A stretch of DNA of 63,616 nt, the filler included, from Octopus bimaculoides (taxonomy: Eukaryota), in assembly GCF_001194135.2 (NCBI RefSeq). It is 6 parts of 6 records of this genome, joined end to end, with 100 filler letters (N's around TTAATTAATTAA, not from the genome) between each part and the next. Parts side by side here need not be neighbours in the genome. Positions count along the whole stretch, not along the records: positions 61,145 to 63,616 come from NC_068999.1; 5 more parts are not named here. The stretch is one strand, 5' to 3'. Numbering within the stretch: the stretch's first letter is position 1; every line of letters begins with the position of its first letter. Below, one piece after another: positions 61,887 through 63,616 of the stretch. The notes below the pieces were generated by a model. That model was given only the letters and a program-made list of their open reading frames with translations. It ran no database searches and was not told the DNA's origin. The translations under genes were made by a program, and so were the position numbers.

Positions 61887-61903
61887 AATCTGACATGACA
61901 TAA
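61887..61903 (+). CDS. Candidate phase-1 terminal exon (ESDMT*)
   Basis: Strong polypyrimidine tract tttttgtttttcatttctacAG, then a short frame to TAA, followed by repeat-free AT-rich sequence with AATAAA (e.g. 62541). Splice-signal evidence only. Confidence 0.25.
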
Positions 61904-62112
61904 TTTAATCTCATGAGTTTTTTCCTCTGAGAAACGAAACCTAATGTGTAGCTATTTTCTTTTTTTTTTTTTAAAGTCAATCACATTACAGAATAATCCT
62001 TTTTATGATCTATTCAATCAGAGTCCCTGTGGAAGCAGGGGAAACTAACAGAAAATTTCGAAACTACTTTTAATAACAAGGGTTGAAATAGAAATTTAAC
62101 ATTCTGTTCTAG

Positions 62113-62171
62113 GCATTGAAGAAGAGGAAAATAGAAAAAATAAAAAAAGCAAGGAGAAAAATGTTGACTGA
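62113..62171 (+). CDS. Candidate phase-1 terminal exon (GIEEEENRKNKKSKEKNVD*)
   Basis: Acceptor attctgttctAG and a charged peptide ending at TGA. Could be chance in A-rich sequence. Confidence 0.25.
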
Positions 62172-63563
62172 AAACAAATAAGAAATAGAATTCATTAAAT
62201 GTCTTCAGGAATTAGATACTGTAAAAAATAACAATGAAAGTAAAAACATATGAAAGAAAGAGAGAGAGAATGAGACTGAAGATTTTTACAAGGATGTTTT
62301 TAAGAATAATAGTTTTTATAATTATTAATTGTAAAAACAAAACCAAAAATACATATATGAGAAAACTCTTTATCATTTCGAATGATATTTTAAGAAGAAA
62401 AAAAAAAGAAGAATGTGGGAGGAGGTTAAGATGTTTAATAATTGATGTTGCTAAAGAATTCCTTCTGTTAATGTTTTCAAGTGCATTTCAAATTTATTGA
62501 ATTTCATCACATTTTATTGGTTAAGATATAAATAACAATAAATAAAAGTTTAAAATGTTATAAGAAGAAACTTTAATGGAATTCAATAAAAACCATTTGA
62601 AATTTGAAAAGTAAAAGTTAGAAAAAATAATTTGATACAAGATAAAATCCAAAATTCTAATTTTATATTAATAAAATTACCTATTGTTAAAAAATATTAT
62701 AAAGCAGTGGAAATGGCTGTGGCAATAGAGTTTTACATTTTACAGTGATAACTGTGTTAGATTGGTTTGAACCATTAGAGTTTTTTTAAAAAAGAAAGTG
62801 GTTTCTAGTATCGAGTTCCATCTCTTTATATTCCCAGTTCAAATCCCACTGTTTACATTTTAATGCTTCGAATTTGGTTAAACAAAGTAGCAGTCAAATA
62901 TTGGAGTTAGTACAATTGACTACATCCATCACCAACCCACATATGCTTATGTTATGAGTCATTATCTTACAGGATAACAGTGATACAGGCAGCTGACATA
63001 ATACTGCAACAGGCTGGTGTAACTAAATGCATTACATTAGTGTTTTAATGACTTAGAAAATGGAAGCCAGTGTCTATGACACTTTTCAGGATTTTCAAAA
63101 CTGATAGGAAAAAGATTCTTACATTGGAGACTTGATATAAATGCACACAAAAGAGTGGATTCTTCTAAAGGCACTGGCTGATAAATAAAGACTACCACCT
63201 AAAATAGGAATGGTCTTCCATACAGTTTCTGTTTACTAAACTGCACTAACAACACTTTGAAATATTGGCCAATAGACATATTCATAGAAGGATATATCCG
63301 TAGAAAGACAAATTTATCAAAAATATATTTTTGATTCTTAACCACCATGTGACCAAATATAATTAGGTGTAGGGGTGGTAGTGTGGCAAAGAAGCTTGCT
63401 TCCCAACAATGTGGTTTCATGTGTAGTCTCACTGCATGGCCCCTTGAGTGAGTGTCTTCCTCTATAATCCAAGGCCAACCAAAGCCTCATAAGTAGATTT
63501 GGTAGATTGCAAACCGAAAGAAGCTCACTGAGTATGTGTGCATATATATGTGCGTCTATACGT

Positions 63564-63616
<53 letters not shown>

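Overview
AT-rich, microsatellite-dense eukaryotic (animal) genomic DNA with many N gaps. The repeat families resemble those I recall from octopod cephalopods; this is an inference, not a database result. The only well-supported coding sequence is one giant internal exon on the + strand: acceptor at 21945-21946, open from 21947 to at least 30106, interrupted by one N gap and lost in a second. It encodes >2,600 aa of acidic, E/K/P/V/T/S-rich, probably disordered protein. Within it are degenerate 14-aa repeats, a young 8-aa (24-nt) VEAPEEKP array, three copies of a KRLS...(R)RGS cassette and two AKAP-like amphipathic helix candidates. I cannot name the gene. The rest is intron/intergenic-type sequence. 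It holds several tRNA-headed SINE families; RTE, CR1 and Hero-like LINE relics; hAT and Tc1/mariner transposase relics; hAT, mariner and piggyBac MITEs; a HINE-like element; a probable LTR; and a Penelope-type fragment with a minimal hammerhead ribozyme motif. Five 44N-TTAATTAATTAA-44N linkers are scaffolding artefacts, and several coincide with switches in CpG content. Nearly all short ORFs in the supplied track are microsatellite, N-gap or antisense artefacts. No rRNA, true tRNA gene or CRISPR array was seen. All family assignments come from remembered consensus motifs, and most repeat boundaries are approximate.
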